Shown one piece after another: positions 27,633 to 37,411 of a stretch of 64,000 nt of DNA (the stretch's first letter is position 1; every line of letters starts with the position of its first letter). Position numbers and translations under genes: made by a program. This DNA comes from Candidatus Algichlamydia australiensis. Its GTDB lineage: Bacteria; Chlamydiota; Chlamydiia; Chlamydiales; JAJFMI01. Below the pieces are notes generated by a model. It had not been told where the DNA came from. It saw nothing but the letters and a program-made list of their open reading frames with translations, and did not search any database. The stretch covers positions 653,145-717,144 of the forward strand of contig JAXCHI010000003.1 in assembly GCA_033977065.1 (NCBI GenBank), written 5' to 3'.

Positions 27633-28040
27633 ATGAAAAAAATGCTATATGTAGCAACTTTAGCTTTATCAAGTATGCTTTGCGCTGCAAAACCAGAGGT
27701 AATTTCTATAGAAGATATTAACCCAGAAATGATGGCTAAGCTACAAGAAAAAGAACGTGCTAAACTCATTGTAAAGATGCCAAAAGGTATGGAGCTTCCT
27801 ATGAGTGTCTTGATTTACGGAGACTTTTTCTCTGCAGGCACAGGAGGTGAAGAGGCATTTACAGTAACTATAAAGCAAGATTTATTTTTAAAATTTTGTG
27901 GAGATGTCTTTTTCGCCAGTCTTGACGGAAAAAACTGGAAGAAGATGGAAGAATTTTTTACAGGCTCTTTTGGTTGGTCAGTTAATGATGAAACTGCAAC
28001 AAAATTTGGCCTCTATTTAGAAGCTAATTTACGAAAGTAA
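27633..28040 (+). CDS. Small exported hypothetical protein
   Basis: Signal peptide MKKMLYVATLALSSMLCA; good RBS. Confidence 0.75.
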   Translation: MKKMLYVATLALSSMLCAAKPEVISIEDINPEMMAKLQEKERAKLIVKMPKGMELPMSVLIYGDFFSAGTGGEEAFTVTIKQDLFLKFCGDVFFASLDGKNWKKMEEFFTGSFGWSVNDETATKFGLYLEANLRK

Positions 28041-28052
28041 TCACGAACATTG

Positions 28053-28081
28053 AAGGCTCAAAATTTAATTTTTGAGCCTTC
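28053..28081. terminator. Hairpin after the blaI operon
   Basis: AAGGCTCAAAA-TTTAAT-TTTTGAGCCTT. Confidence 0.55.
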
Positions 28082-28116
28082 TTGAGAATAAATGCAAAAT
28101 AGGTTTTAATTTTCCC

Positions 28117-29073
28117 ATGGAACAGTATCAAGTCATTGCATTTTACGCATTTTTCTCGGTTGAAGATCCGCACTTAGAGGTGCGGCGTCAAAAGAAATTT
28201 TTAGGGGAGCGCGATGCGCGTGGCCGTATCTATATCTCTGAAGAGGGCTACAATGGCCAAATGAGCGCTTCTCCTCAAGCTGCTAAAGAGTATATTGCCT
28301 GGATGAAAGAAGATCCACGCTTTGCAAACGTGCAGTTTAAAATCCATTTTTACCATGAGCATCCTTTTGATCGCATGACTGTCAAGTATCGCGAGCAGAT
28401 TGTTGCTCTAGATGAAAAAGTTGATATGAAGCTGACTGGAGAGCATGTTTCTCCCGAGAAGTGGCGGGAGATGCTCGAGTCGCGCGATGAAAATACGATT
28501 TGTATTGATGTGCGCAATAATTATGAGTCGGAGGTCGGCCACTTTGAAGGAGCCGAGTGTCCTAACTTAGAGACATTTCGCGAATTTCCCGAATATGCAA
28601 ATCAACTTGCCAAACGCTTAGATACAAAAAATACCAAAGTGATGATGTACTGCACTGGTGGTATTCGCTGTGAGCTCTATTCTGCTTTGATGAAAGAGCG
28701 CGGTTTTGAGAATGTCTACCAGCTTGACGGTGGTGTAATCAATTACGGCCTTCAAGAGGGAGCTAAGCACTGGAAGGGCAAGCTCTTTGTATTTGATGAT
28801 CGTATGGTCGTGCCGATTAGTCAGGATAATGATGAAGTGCTCACTACATGCAAGGATTGTGGCGCACCTTGCGATCACTATTTTAATTGCGCGCATATGG
28901 ACTGCAATAAACTTTTTATTAGCTGTATGGAGTGTGCGAAGAAAGCGGACGGTTGCTGCTCTAAAAAATGTCTTGAAGAGGGTCGCGTGCGTCCCTTTGA
29001 TCCTAGGCACGCACCTCGTCCTTACCGTCGTTTGAGTAAAGAGGAAAAAGAGCACCTTGTGGGAGCTGAGTAG
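28117..29073 (+). CDS. trhO: Rhodanese-domain tRNA uridine(34) hydroxylase (YceA/TrhO)
   Basis: GRIYISEEGYNGQ, DVRNNYE..VGHF, MYCTGGIRCE, W.GKLFVFDDR, Cys-rich tail. Confidence 0.92.
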   Translation: MEQYQVIAFYAFFSVEDPHLEVRRQKKFLGERDARGRIYISEEGYNGQMSASPQAAKEYIAWMKEDPRFANVQFKIHFYHEHPFDRMTVKYREQIVALDEKVDMKLTGEHVSPEKWREMLESRDENTICIDVRNNYESEVGHFEGAECPNLETFREFPEYANQLAKRLDTKNTKVMMYCTGGIRCELYSALMKERGFENVYQLDGGVINYGLQEGAKHWKGKLFVFDDRMVVPISQDNDEVLTTCKDCGAPCDHYFNCAHMDCNKLFISCMECAKKADGCCSKKCLEEGRVRPFDPRHAPRPYRRLSKEEKEHLVGAE

Positions 29074-31246
29074 AGCAAATGGGGCAAAGCGCTCCTTCGC
29101 TCTAACTTCTCCTCACGGTGACTATGAAGAAGTCGCAATGCGTGATGCGATTGCGCGTCTAAAAATACTTGCCATTTCTGGCGGTCTCTCCTGGAAAAAA
29201 CAGAAGCTAATTTGTGACTTGCTCTCTCCCTATTTTTTGGAGCTTTCTGCATTAAAAGAGGGCGATGAAGTTCTTGTAGAAGCCTCCATTATTCGAGGAA
29301 CAAGTAAGACCTCTTTGCAAAAATGTGTAGAGCTTTTTCCTGCTCCGATGCCTATCGCTCTGCTTCCCCCTTTTCTCTATTTTGTAGATGCCGATTTGCG
29401 TCTGATGCAAAAATTTCTTTCTGGTAGTGCACTTTTTTCTCATGCGGAATGGGAAGAGGTTAAGCGCGACTGTGATGAGAATGTTGCTATTGTTGAAGAG
29501 GGAGAGTCAGGGCCGTTACTCTCTCTGCCAAAATTGATTTTACAGGATGAAACAGGCGCTTTTGGGAAGACAGATGCCAAAGAGTGGGAAAACGATCTTC
29601 TTGAGGTTGGCTATCGCAAAGCTGCAGAAAAATTTTACTGTCCTAGCGATTGCGCTCGCTTAGCTATTTCTAAGCTCTTACAAAAAGGATGGGAAGTAGA
29701 AGATGCAAGGGGACGAAAGGTTCTTCTGCAAAGTGGTGTGAGTTACACAAGGTCTGATGAGGGCGTGCGAGGAAAGGCCCATTTTGGAGAGGAGGAGAGG
29801 GATTTTTCTGATCTTGAGATGAAAATGCAATCGCCGCTTATCTCCTTATCAGAGACGAGTGTAGGACTGCTTGATCGAGAAGAGCTACCACAAGAGTTTA
29901 TGGGACGAAAAGCCGCGCTCTCCAATGTTGAGGCAGCAAGTATTGGGTTTAAGGGGATAGATCCAGGCGAAGTGTCTCCAGGTCAGTATTTTATAGGAGA
30001 ACTTTTTCCCTATCAACAGCAGGGAGTCAACTGGCTTCACCTAATTTATGCCAACGGCCTTAGTGGAATTTTGGCAGATGAGATGGGACTGGGAAAGAGT
30101 GTCCAACTCTTGGCATTTTTTTCAGGGTTAAATGTGCCACATTCACTCCTCATTGTGGCGCCCACTTCGCTACTTGAGAATTGGCAGCGTGAGGTCCAGA
30201 AATTTTGGCCAAATGGAAATCCCTATCTCTATTATGGAGAAGGGCGAGATCCTAGTAAGCTTAATAATCAAACACTTGTCTTAACCTCTTACGCGATTTT
30301 GCGGCGCGATTGTGAGGAGTTATCAAAAGAGAAGTGGGGAGCTATTGCACTGGACGAGGCCCAGGTGATTAAAAACCCTAAAAGCCAAACGTTTCAGGCT
30401 GTCCTTAAGCTTCAAGCTCCTTTTCGTCTTTCGATTACTGGCACGCCTATTGAAAACCACCTTCAAGATCTCTTTACCCAGTTTCGCTTTCTCTTTCCTA
30501 AGAACCGATTTACACAGACAGAGCGCACTAAACCTTTTATCTTAAGGCGCACAAAAGAGGAAGTTGAGCTTGATTTGCCTGAAAAGCTCGAGCAGATCGT
30601 TTATGTAGGTATGAACGAGGAGCAGCAGTCTGCCTACGATGCAATGCTTGAGAAGACACGTCAAGAAGAAGATCTTACCCAAATACAAGTTCTAGAGAGG
30701 CTCTTGAGATTAAGGCAGATCTGTTGCGATCCTAGGCTAATTGAGCCGGAAAATAAGCAGAGTGCAAAATTTGAGAGATTGCTTGCCGATTTAGAAGAGC
30801 TTGAAGGGAAGAAGGTTTTAGTTTATAGCCAGTTTACCCAGATGCTCTCTCTAATAGCGAAGGAGTTAGATAAAAGAGGCAAAAAAATTCTCTATCTTGA
30901 TGGCAAGACAAAAAATCGAATGGAGCTTGTAGATCAGTTTCAAAATGATTCCAGCTGCAATATTTTTCTCATAAGTTTGAAGGCGGGCGGAGTTGGTCTC
31001 AATTTAACGGCGGCTGATTACATACTGATTTACGACCCTTGGTGGAATGAAGCCGTTGAAAATCAAGCGATTGACCGCGCCCACAGGATTGGCAGGAAGG
31101 GGACGGTCATCGCTCGAAGATATGTTACAATCGGCAGCCTAGAGGAGAAGATCATGCAGCTAAAAGAGCGCAAGCGCCTGCTTGTCGAGCAGTCTCTAAG
31201 TTCCGAATCTGTTCAATTTGAAGAGTTGAAAAATCTCTTATCCTAA
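29057..31246 (+). CDS. SNF2-family helicase/ATPase
   Basis: ILADEMGLGKS, LDEAQ.IKN, TGTPIEN, LRRTK, SLKAGGVGLNLTAAD, QAIDRAHRIG. Confidence 0.93.
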   Translation: MWELSRANGAKRSFALTSPHGDYEEVAMRDAIARLKILAISGGLSWKKQKLICDLLSPYFLELSALKEGDEVLVEASIIRGTSKTSLQKCVELFPAPMPIALLPPFLYFVDADLRLMQKFLSGSALFSHAEWEEVKRDCDENVAIVEEGESGPLLSLPKLILQDETGAFGKTDAKEWENDLLEVGYRKAAEKFYCPSDCARLAISKLLQKGWEVEDARGRKVLLQSGVSYTRSDEGVRGKAHFGEEERDFSDLEMKMQSPLISLSETSVGLLDREELPQEFMGRKAALSNVEAASIGFKGIDPGEVSPGQYFIGELFPYQQQGVNWLHLIYANGLSGILADEMGLGKSVQLLAFFSGLNVPHSLLIVAPTSLLENWQREVQKFWPNGNPYLYYGEGRDPSKLNNQTLVLTSYAILRRDCEELSKEKWGAIALDEAQVIKNPKSQTFQAVLKLQAPFRLSITGTPIENHLQDLFTQFRFLFPKNRFTQTERTKPFILRRTKEEVELDLPEKLEQIVYVGMNEEQQSAYDAMLEKTRQEEDLTQIQVLERLLRLRQICCDPRLIEPENKQSAKFERLLADLEELEGKKVLVYSQFTQMLSLIAKELDKRGKKILYLDGKTKNRMELVDQFQNDSSCNIFLISLKAGGVGLNLTAADYILIYDPWWNEAVENQAIDRAHRIGRKGTVIARRYVTIGSLEEKIMQLKERKRLLVEQSLSSESVQFEELKNLLS

Positions 31247-31438
31247 TGGAGGCATGGGAGGCCGCGGATCATCGCTCTTGCGATCCAGCATCTCAAGCGC
31301 CGCCTCTTTAAGGGTTTTTAGGCCCTCTTCAAAGCCGATCTCTTTTAAAAGCTGATCGAGGTAGCTACGCTCAGCTTGCAATTGATCACATAGGGATTCT
31401 AACTTGGCAACTTTTCTTTCCAAATGGTTTGTGGACAT
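31238..31438 (-). CDS. Small conserved chlamydial protein (CT652.1-like)
   Basis: AKLESLCDQL.AE..YLDQLL..IGFEEGLKTLK matches my recollection of CT652.1; preceded by a sigma54 promoter. Confidence 0.75.
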   Translation of the reverse strand: MSTNHLERKVAKLESLCDQLQAERSYLDQLLKEIGFEEGLKTLKEAALEMLDRKSDDPRPPMPPLG

Positions 31439-31469
31439 GGTTTTATTCTCCTGTTTTTGTTTATACAGA

Positions 31470-31486
31470 AGCAAAAACCGTGCCAA
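31470..31486 (-). promoter_or_regulatory. Sigma54 (-24/-12) promoter
   Basis: Minus strand TTGGCACGGTTTTTGCT matches YTGGCACGRNNNTTGCW exactly. Confidence 0.88.
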
Positions 31487-31505
31487 GTGGAAGAAATTTT
31501 AAAAA

Positions 31506-31946
31506 TTAATTCTTAAGATGCTGATTTTCAAAGGAGAGAATTTTTTTCTTCATCCAAACGCCAAAACCAAATCCTCCAATACTGCCATCTTTTGCAATTA
31601 CGCGGTGGCAAGGAATAAATAGAGGGAGGGGATTGTGGTGGAGAGCCATGGCAACCGCCCTGCAGGCAGTCGGTCGGCCAATTTTTTCGGCTAAACCACT
31701 ATATGAGATCGTTTGACCAAAGGGAATTCTAGCTGTCTCTTCAAGGACGATTCTTGAGAAAGGTCGAAGCGGAAGGGGCTTTAGGAGGTGGGCTAAATTT
31801 TTCCCTTCTAGATATTCTCCCATAAAAGAGAAAGGCTCCCCAATAATTTCAAATTGGGAAGCCTTTTCAAGTCTAGTTTTTACAATAACTCCATCCTCCT
31901 GAAAGATATGGAGTCGAATGGTTAACTTAGAAAGTGCCTTGTCCAT
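31506..31946 (-). CDS. ogt: Methylated-DNA--protein-cysteine methyltransferase
   Basis: IPFGQTISY..LA..IGRP.ACRAVA.A...NPLP..IPCHRVI..DG.IGG. Confidence 0.9.
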   Translation of the reverse strand: MDKALSKLTIRLHIFQEDGVIVKTRLEKASQFEIIGEPFSFMGEYLEGKNLAHLLKPLPLRPFSRIVLEETARIPFGQTISYSGLAEKIGRPTACRAVAMALHHNPLPLFIPCHRVIAKDGSIGGFGFGVWMKKKILSFENQHLKN

Positions 31947-32931
31947 TTGCACGTTCTAACTGAATCGCGATATCGCGCTCACGCTGCAATAGCTCATCAT
32001 ATTTGTTTTTTGATACCATCTCATTGTTATAGAACCACTCTCGTTTTGTCTGTCCATCAAGATAGACAATCGACACGCCGTGACGCTTTCCTGCGACCCA
32101 CTGGTTCTCTTCAATAAGCTTGGTGCCATCCATGTAAAAGCGTTCAGGACCGTGCTTAAAACCGCTGTTGTAGCTCACCTCTAAATAGAGAACCCCATTT
32201 TGAAAGTAAGAGCATACACCGTGAGGTTGTCCCTTGTAGTAGTTCTCAATTGAGACGGGTTCACCACTCTCAGCAAAAACTCTTTTCTCTCCGTGGTAAG
32301 TACCGCCTGCGAAAGAGACGATGCTGCTAGGTGTTCCATTTTTGTGGAATGTTTTGCGCATTGTGACAAAGCCCTCTTCAATTTTTTCACTTGAAAGAAG
32401 TAGACCTTTTGGATCGCGGGTAAGGCGTTCACCTTGGCCGTTAGTAACGCGCGCTTCGCACTCATTTTTTGTATTAAAATACTCAGCAGAAGCAAGAGCT
32501 TGATCTTGGTACTCTTCAACAGCTCTTGGCGAGCCTAATTTGTACCAGGAGGTCATTTTCAGTCTGCTAGGGCTTAAGTGTTGCTCTTCACGAACGGGCA
32601 AGCCCTTCACATTGTAAAAAGTCTTTTTTGTTAGAATCCCATGAGAATAAATCTCCACAGACTCCAACGTTTGGCTGTGAGGATGGGTATAAGTTGTAGG
32701 GCCGTCTAAAAATCCATCATCGTAAGTTGATGTGATCGTTACGCCATTGCGCATAGTTGTGATGACCTGGCCTGGATAGTGATTGTTTTGCCACTCATCC
32801 GGTGATACGTCATAGCCATACTTGTGAATATAGCGTTGAGAAACTACCTCGCTCTCGCGACTGCGATTATTATTGTCGTGGCAGCCAGCCAAGGCGAGAA
32901 GTGTAAATAGGGAAAGCATTTGCTTTTTCAT
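31927..32931 (-). CDS. Lipoprotein with MORN-variant/YwqK repeats (CT648-like)
   Basis: Lipobox LAGC; RYIHKYG; repeated G.xHG...Y units. Confidence 0.8.
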   Translation of the reverse strand: MKKQMLSLFTLLALAGCHDNNNRSRESEVVSQRYIHKYGYDVSPDEWQNNHYPGQVITTMRNGVTITSTYDDGFLDGPTTYTHPHSQTLESVEIYSHGILTKKTFYNVKGLPVREEQHLSPSRLKMTSWYKLGSPRAVEEYQDQALASAEYFNTKNECEARVTNGQGERLTRDPKGLLLSSEKIEEGFVTMRKTFHKNGTPSSIVSFAGGTYHGEKRVFAESGEPVSIENYYKGQPHGVCSYFQNGVLYLEVSYNSGFKHGPERFYMDGTKLIEENQWVAGKRHGVSIVYLDGQTKREWFYNNEMVSKNKYDELLQRERDIAIQLERANGQGTF

Positions 32932-32958
32932 GAATTACCTCAGAAAGTCGTCTTTCCT

Positions 32959-33555
32959 TTAAGAATTACGCAATGGGAGGTAAAATTCAAGAGTTTTTCC
33001 TGAGAAATAATAAAAGGGAATCACTGTAACTAGATAGAAAATTCTTTGTTGAAAACTCGCAGGAGAATGAGGTGTTCTGAGTTTATATGGTTTTAGCAAT
33101 GGAGAAAAGATAACAGCCATTCCCAAAATTCCCAAACCAATTTTGTTTATGCTCATCTTATTTTGCTGCGCTCTACCTAAAACAAAGTTTTTTATTTGGT
33201 TTCTAAGTGGGGTAATAAAGGGAGAAAAAAAGAAAGAAGTAGCTCCAAAATTTAAAATCATAAATTGTGCAATGCGCTTTGCGCTCTTGAGATGAGGAGC
33301 GCTACGATAAAAGAGGCAGGCTGATAAGACAAAAGCAAGAGGCGCAAAGGCTGCATAAGGCGCATGAAGCTCTTTTTCATCGATGTAATCTCGTAAAAGT
33401 TTTCCAAGAGGTAAGCAGTGGAATGCTGTGGCACAAAGAGATGTAGCCGTTAGAAATTGAGCTGAGCCAAATAAAGATTTGAGCCCGACTTCTTGTGTAA
33501 TGACTTTTGTGTAGTAAAAGTGTGTCCCTATTGCTGTGATTCCAACTGCAGTCAT
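32959..33555 (-). CDS. Hydrophobic hypothetical protein (divergent member of the adjacent paralog array)
   Basis: TAFHCLPLGKLL resembles the AF..IPVGKI motif of the neighbours. Confidence 0.6.
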   Translation of the reverse strand: MTAVGITAIGTHFYYTKVITQEVGLKSLFGSAQFLTATSLCATAFHCLPLGKLLRDYIDEKELHAPYAAFAPLAFVLSACLFYRSAPHLKSAKRIAQFMILNFGATSFFFSPFITPLRNQIKNFVLGRAQQNKMSINKIGLGILGMAVIFSPLLKPYKLRTPHSPASFQQRIFYLVTVIPFYYFSGKTLEFYLPLRNS

Positions 33556-33564
33556 GAAGACAGT

Positions 33565-34608
33565 TTACATAACAGCGTTTTTTAATGCCCCCATATGTGT
33601 AAAAAGCAACTTGCTATGAGCGCGTTTGATTTTTCCAAATAAATTTCTTTGAATAAGCTCGCAAGCAAATGCCGAGGTACTAAGATCTGAAGAGAAATAA
33701 AGATAGCTCAAGGATGCTCCTCCAACGGCAACTGCCGCAGTTGTTTTGTACGGATTGCTCTCTTTTTTAAAACTAGAAGGGAGGACGGCGGCTTCTTGCT
33801 GCGGTTCAAAAGACTCGAGTTCTTCTTTAAGATCTCGAATAGTACGTGTAAGTAATTTGATGTAGTGTTTCTTCTCTTTAGAAGTTAAAGTTTTAGGATC
33901 ATAAAAGTCTGAAAAGTCTGCCAGTTGGTAAAATTCAGAGTTTAAGGGGTCATATGTGAGGTTAGTAATTCTGGCAATTAATTCTGCAACTGACGAATTT
34001 AATAGCCCCCAAAGTTGTTTGTTTCCTACATGGACTAAGGCGTCTTTGAACGTTTCTAAGTGTGAAAGACTCTGTTGATGGCAGACTACTCCTGCAACAA
34101 ATGCTCCTATTGCGAACAGATAAGGAAGTGTTTCAAATATTTCCCCTTGCCACCCGTAGTCCGGTTCAGGGGGAATAGATTGTACTTGCTCCTGAACAAG
34201 CCTTTTGATTTTGTCTCTATTTGCTAGAATTGAGGTGCGCAAACGGTTGCGTTCGGAAAGCACGGGCTCTTTTGTTTCACGAAAGGCTGCTCGAGGTAGA
34301 TCCTTCCAGTAATCTGATTCCGATTTATATGCGAAAGTTGCAATGGTTGTCGATTTTTTACCCAAAACCTTTTGAACGATCTTATTAACAGGAATCTGAG
34401 AAAAGGCTGCCATAGTTAGAACCTTTGCGCCCAAAAGCAGTAGCAAACCAGTGGTGGGATCAGAATAGTTTTCGGAAAGCAAAGAGTTATAAATTAAACA
34501 GGAGGCGGCCAATAATGAGATGGCTAGGACTCCCATTGACTCTTTGGATATTGTATGAGGGCTTTGGTCTGTTGGGGTAGCGATTGTGTAAGCAAGTTCG
34601 GTTTTCAT
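33565..34608 (-). CDS. Membrane-anchored effector/Inc-like paralog
   Basis: Bilobed hydrophobic N-domain; motifs AFSQIPVNKI, ERNRLR, FYQLADFSDFY. Confidence 0.7.
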   Translation of the reverse strand: MKTELAYTIATPTDQSPHTISKESMGVLAISLLAASCLIYNSLLSENYSDPTTGLLLLLGAKVLTMAAFSQIPVNKIVQKVLGKKSTTIATFAYKSESDYWKDLPRAAFRETKEPVLSERNRLRTSILANRDKIKRLVQEQVQSIPPEPDYGWQGEIFETLPYLFAIGAFVAGVVCHQQSLSHLETFKDALVHVGNKQLWGLLNSSVAELIARITNLTYDPLNSEFYQLADFSDFYDPKTLTSKEKKHYIKLLTRTIRDLKEELESFEPQQEAAVLPSSFKKESNPYKTTAAVAVGGASLSYLYFSSDLSTSAFACELIQRNLFGKIKRAHSKLLFTHMGALKNAVM

Positions 34609-34700
34609 ATTTATTATCTTGTTATTAATTTATAACAATAATTATATATATTAAATAATTTACTTGCAAATTGTTTTGCAAAAAATTGTAAATCAATTAC

Positions 34701-35759
34701 TTACAAAATAATAGATTTTAGTGCGAGGGCATGGAGTTTCACTTGCCTACTGAAAGGTTTTGCGACAATGTGGGCGTAGGGCATTGCTTTAATCTGATCT
34801 GCAACATAGGTAAAACCGCCATTTTTAGAGTAGGCGTAAGAGCAGGCTAAACCCAAAAGGCCTAAGCTGATTTTTGCAGTAGTTTTGAAATAAGAGCGCT
34901 CTTTTTTGGGAAGAGTGGGAGCTTGCAACTCTTTTTTATTCCATTTAAAAGAGTTCACATCTTTTGTTATATCTCGAACTGCATGAGAGAGGAGAGCCGA
35001 GAGGTGTTGAATCTCCTTATCTGTTAGATTTTCCGTATTATAAAAATCAGAGACTCCAACAAGCTCATAAAAAGAGAGGTCGAAAGGATTTGGGATCAAC
35101 CCCATAGTCACAGGATAAAACATCCTGCGAAAAACGTGTCTTTGGGTCATATGTCCTAGAGCAAGGCCAAATGTTGTGAGGGGAGGGAGGCTTTGTTGAT
35201 AGCAAACTGTAGCGCCCAAAATTGCGATGATAGCGGCAAAGTAGGGTGCTAATGTCCACAGTTTTTCCTGAAATGTTGGTTCCACTTCGGGAGGCATTTT
35301 CTGGATTAAGTCATCTACACGCTTTTTAATTTCTTCTTTTTTTGAGAGGAGAAAATCACGTAAGCGCTCCCGTTTTTCTAGTGCTTTTTTCCCAGAACCA
35401 GTGTAGTTGCCAAATAGAATATTGAGGTACTCATTGCGATAAAAGTCCCACTTAGAGCGGGGGGCAAAAGTCGCAACAGCAGTGGAGTCATTTTGTCCTG
35501 TGATAGAAGTCAAAATTTTACCTACGGGGATTGTGGTAAAAGCAAGCACCGTTATAACTTTTGCTTGCATAAGCAGGAATGTCCCTGTAAAGGGCTCGGG
35601 CGAATTTTGCTGTATGAGGGTGCTATAAGAGAAGTATGAAGTAAGAAGAGCTGTAACCGCTAAAGCAGTCAAACTCCATTTCGTAACGGAGGGAGGCTTT
35701 TCCTCAAGAGAGGGAGCTCTAATCGCATAGGAGGTGTCTCGGGAGATCATGCTCATCAA
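34701..35759 (-). CDS. Membrane-anchored effector/Inc-like paralog
   Basis: AFTTIPVGKI, KRERLR, FYELVGVSDFY. Confidence 0.7.
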   Translation of the reverse strand: MMSMISRDTSYAIRAPSLEEKPPSVTKWSLTALAVTALLTSYFSYSTLIQQNSPEPFTGTFLLMQAKVITVLAFTTIPVGKILTSITGQNDSTAVATFAPRSKWDFYRNEYLNILFGNYTGSGKKALEKRERLRDFLLSKKEEIKKRVDDLIQKMPPEVEPTFQEKLWTLAPYFAAIIAILGATVCYQQSLPPLTTFGLALGHMTQRHVFRRMFYPVTMGLIPNPFDLSFYELVGVSDFYNTENLTDKEIQHLSALLSHAVRDITKDVNSFKWNKKELQAPTLPKKERSYFKTTAKISLGLLGLACSYAYSKNGGFTYVADQIKAMPYAHIVAKPFSRQVKLHALALKSIIL

Positions 35760-37324
35760 ATGAAGTGCTCCCCAAGATCTGTAACGGTTTGCTGGAAGTA
35801 GCCACTTAAGGCGTCATCTAGCCACTCTTTCCAGCTGCCCTCCTTATCTCCCTTTGGGATTTGGCACATGTGATTTTCTAAATTTTCAAAAAGGGCTTCA
35901 ACGTCTATCATCTCTATCAAATTTTTCATCTTTTCGGTGGGGGCAAGAGCCATTAACAGTGTTTTTATTCCCCAGCTCACCGTCTCTATAAGGTTTTTCA
36001 TTTTTTTGATGTAGGCAAGAACCATTAACAATGTTTTGACTCCAAAGGCTACTTGTTTCCAGACACCCTGAACTCGGGCTGTAGTGAGATCGCTGCGCTT
36101 TAAATACGCTCTCTTCTCTGTACTGAATTCTTCTGAAAGAGCTTGAATATTTTTATAACTAGAGTGTTTTTGCTTAAGTTTGTGAATGGATTTCCGAATT
36201 TGCTTAAGCTCTTGCACAATTTTCTGTAAGTGTTTTTGCGACTCAACCCCACTTGCTGACTCTATCCAAGTTTGTAGTATTGGGGTGCTGCTAGGAATTG
36301 CTTTTGCGACCTCTTTGAGAGTAGATAAAAGTGTTTGGATGTCCTCTTTTTTTTGTGGGTTTGCTGCTAAGTCTTCAGCTTTTAGAAGAAGGGCAAAAGA
36401 GCTCTCTTCTCGCTCTTTGTTCATTTGCAAATGAATATTGCGAATTTTGTGAAGATCCGCAGGCTCTGTTTTCCCGAGATCCTGATTTATCTTATCTCCC
36501 ATCTCGTGTACAATCTTTTTCAAAATCTCAACTCTACGCTCTTTTTCCCATGAGTAAAGTTGATGAGCATGAGGTAGAAAATCCTCTAAGCTTACGAGCG
36601 TTTCGGGAGAGGCTTTGCCTGAGTACTCTTTGGAAATCAAGCCGTAGGTAAAATAGTTTCCAATGCTTGATAAAAGCTGTTCTCCTGCAATATAGGTAAG
36701 AGTTCTGCGAGTTGTTCCTAAGAAAATCAATGAGCTTTGAAAGAGATAGACCGCTCCGATAAAGGAGAGGACAGAGAGCGCAACGCGAATGATTTTTTCT
36801 TGCAGATTGTGGTGAATTTCATGATCAAGGTACTTATTTAAGATCTCGACACGATGTTCTTTTAGAAAAGAGTGCTTGAGGCGCTCTTTGTCACAAAAAA
36901 GTGTCACCTCATCTAAATTTTCAGCATTAGTTGTAAAATTTGCAATTGTTGTATCAACCTCTCTTCCTAAAATCGTATCGATGACCTTCCCAACCGGAAT
37001 GAGTACAAAGGCAAGAGTACAGAGAACATTTCCTCCTATATACCCCCCAATCTCAATTGGGGATGAAACAGGAAAATAAGGAGCTGTATACTTCAAAAAC
37101 AGAGCATATACTATTGTTGTTCCTGCTACGTAAGAAATTTTTGAAATTAAGGAGGAACTAGGAGGTTTAGAATCAATTGCTGCTACGCGCAATTGGAGGT
37201 CAGGAGCACCTTTTTCTATAGAAATATTTTTAATATACTCAATGGCAGTCGAATTCCCATTTCCATAAATAGAAGGGGGGAGTCGATGAGAAGAAAACGA
37301 GGGAATAAGAGATGTTTCAGCCAT
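35756..37324 (-). CDS. Membrane-anchored effector/Inc-like paralog with helical C-domain
   Basis: AFVLIPVGKV, DKERLK, LVSLEDF...YSWEK. Confidence 0.7.
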   Translation of the reverse strand: MAETSLIPSFSSHRLPPSIYGNGNSTAIEYIKNISIEKGAPDLQLRVAAIDSKPPSSSLISKISYVAGTTIVYALFLKYTAPYFPVSSPIEIGGYIGGNVLCTLAFVLIPVGKVIDTILGREVDTTIANFTTNAENLDEVTLFCDKERLKHSFLKEHRVEILNKYLDHEIHHNLQEKIIRVALSVLSFIGAVYLFQSSLIFLGTTRRTLTYIAGEQLLSSIGNYFTYGLISKEYSGKASPETLVSLEDFLPHAHQLYSWEKERRVEILKKIVHEMGDKINQDLGKTEPADLHKIRNIHLQMNKEREESSFALLLKAEDLAANPQKKEDIQTLLSTLKEVAKAIPSSTPILQTWIESASGVESQKHLQKIVQELKQIRKSIHKLKQKHSSYKNIQALSEEFSTEKRAYLKRSDLTTARVQGVWKQVAFGVKTLLMVLAYIKKMKNLIETVSWGIKTLLMALAPTEKMKNLIEMIDVEALFENLENHMCQIPKGDKEGSWKEWLDDALSGYFQQTVTDLGEHFI

Positions 37325-37411
37325 TTGTAATAATAATCGTTAATTTGAATTATTATTATAAATAATTGAATAATTAATTGCAATAAGAGATTTGAAAATA
37401 AAGTAAAATTT

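Noticed and set aside
29057..31246. SNF2 helicase as a defence system (DISARM/Zorya-like)
   Set aside because: No partner genes; coupled to housekeeping trhO, and SNF2 genes are ordinary in chlamydiae.
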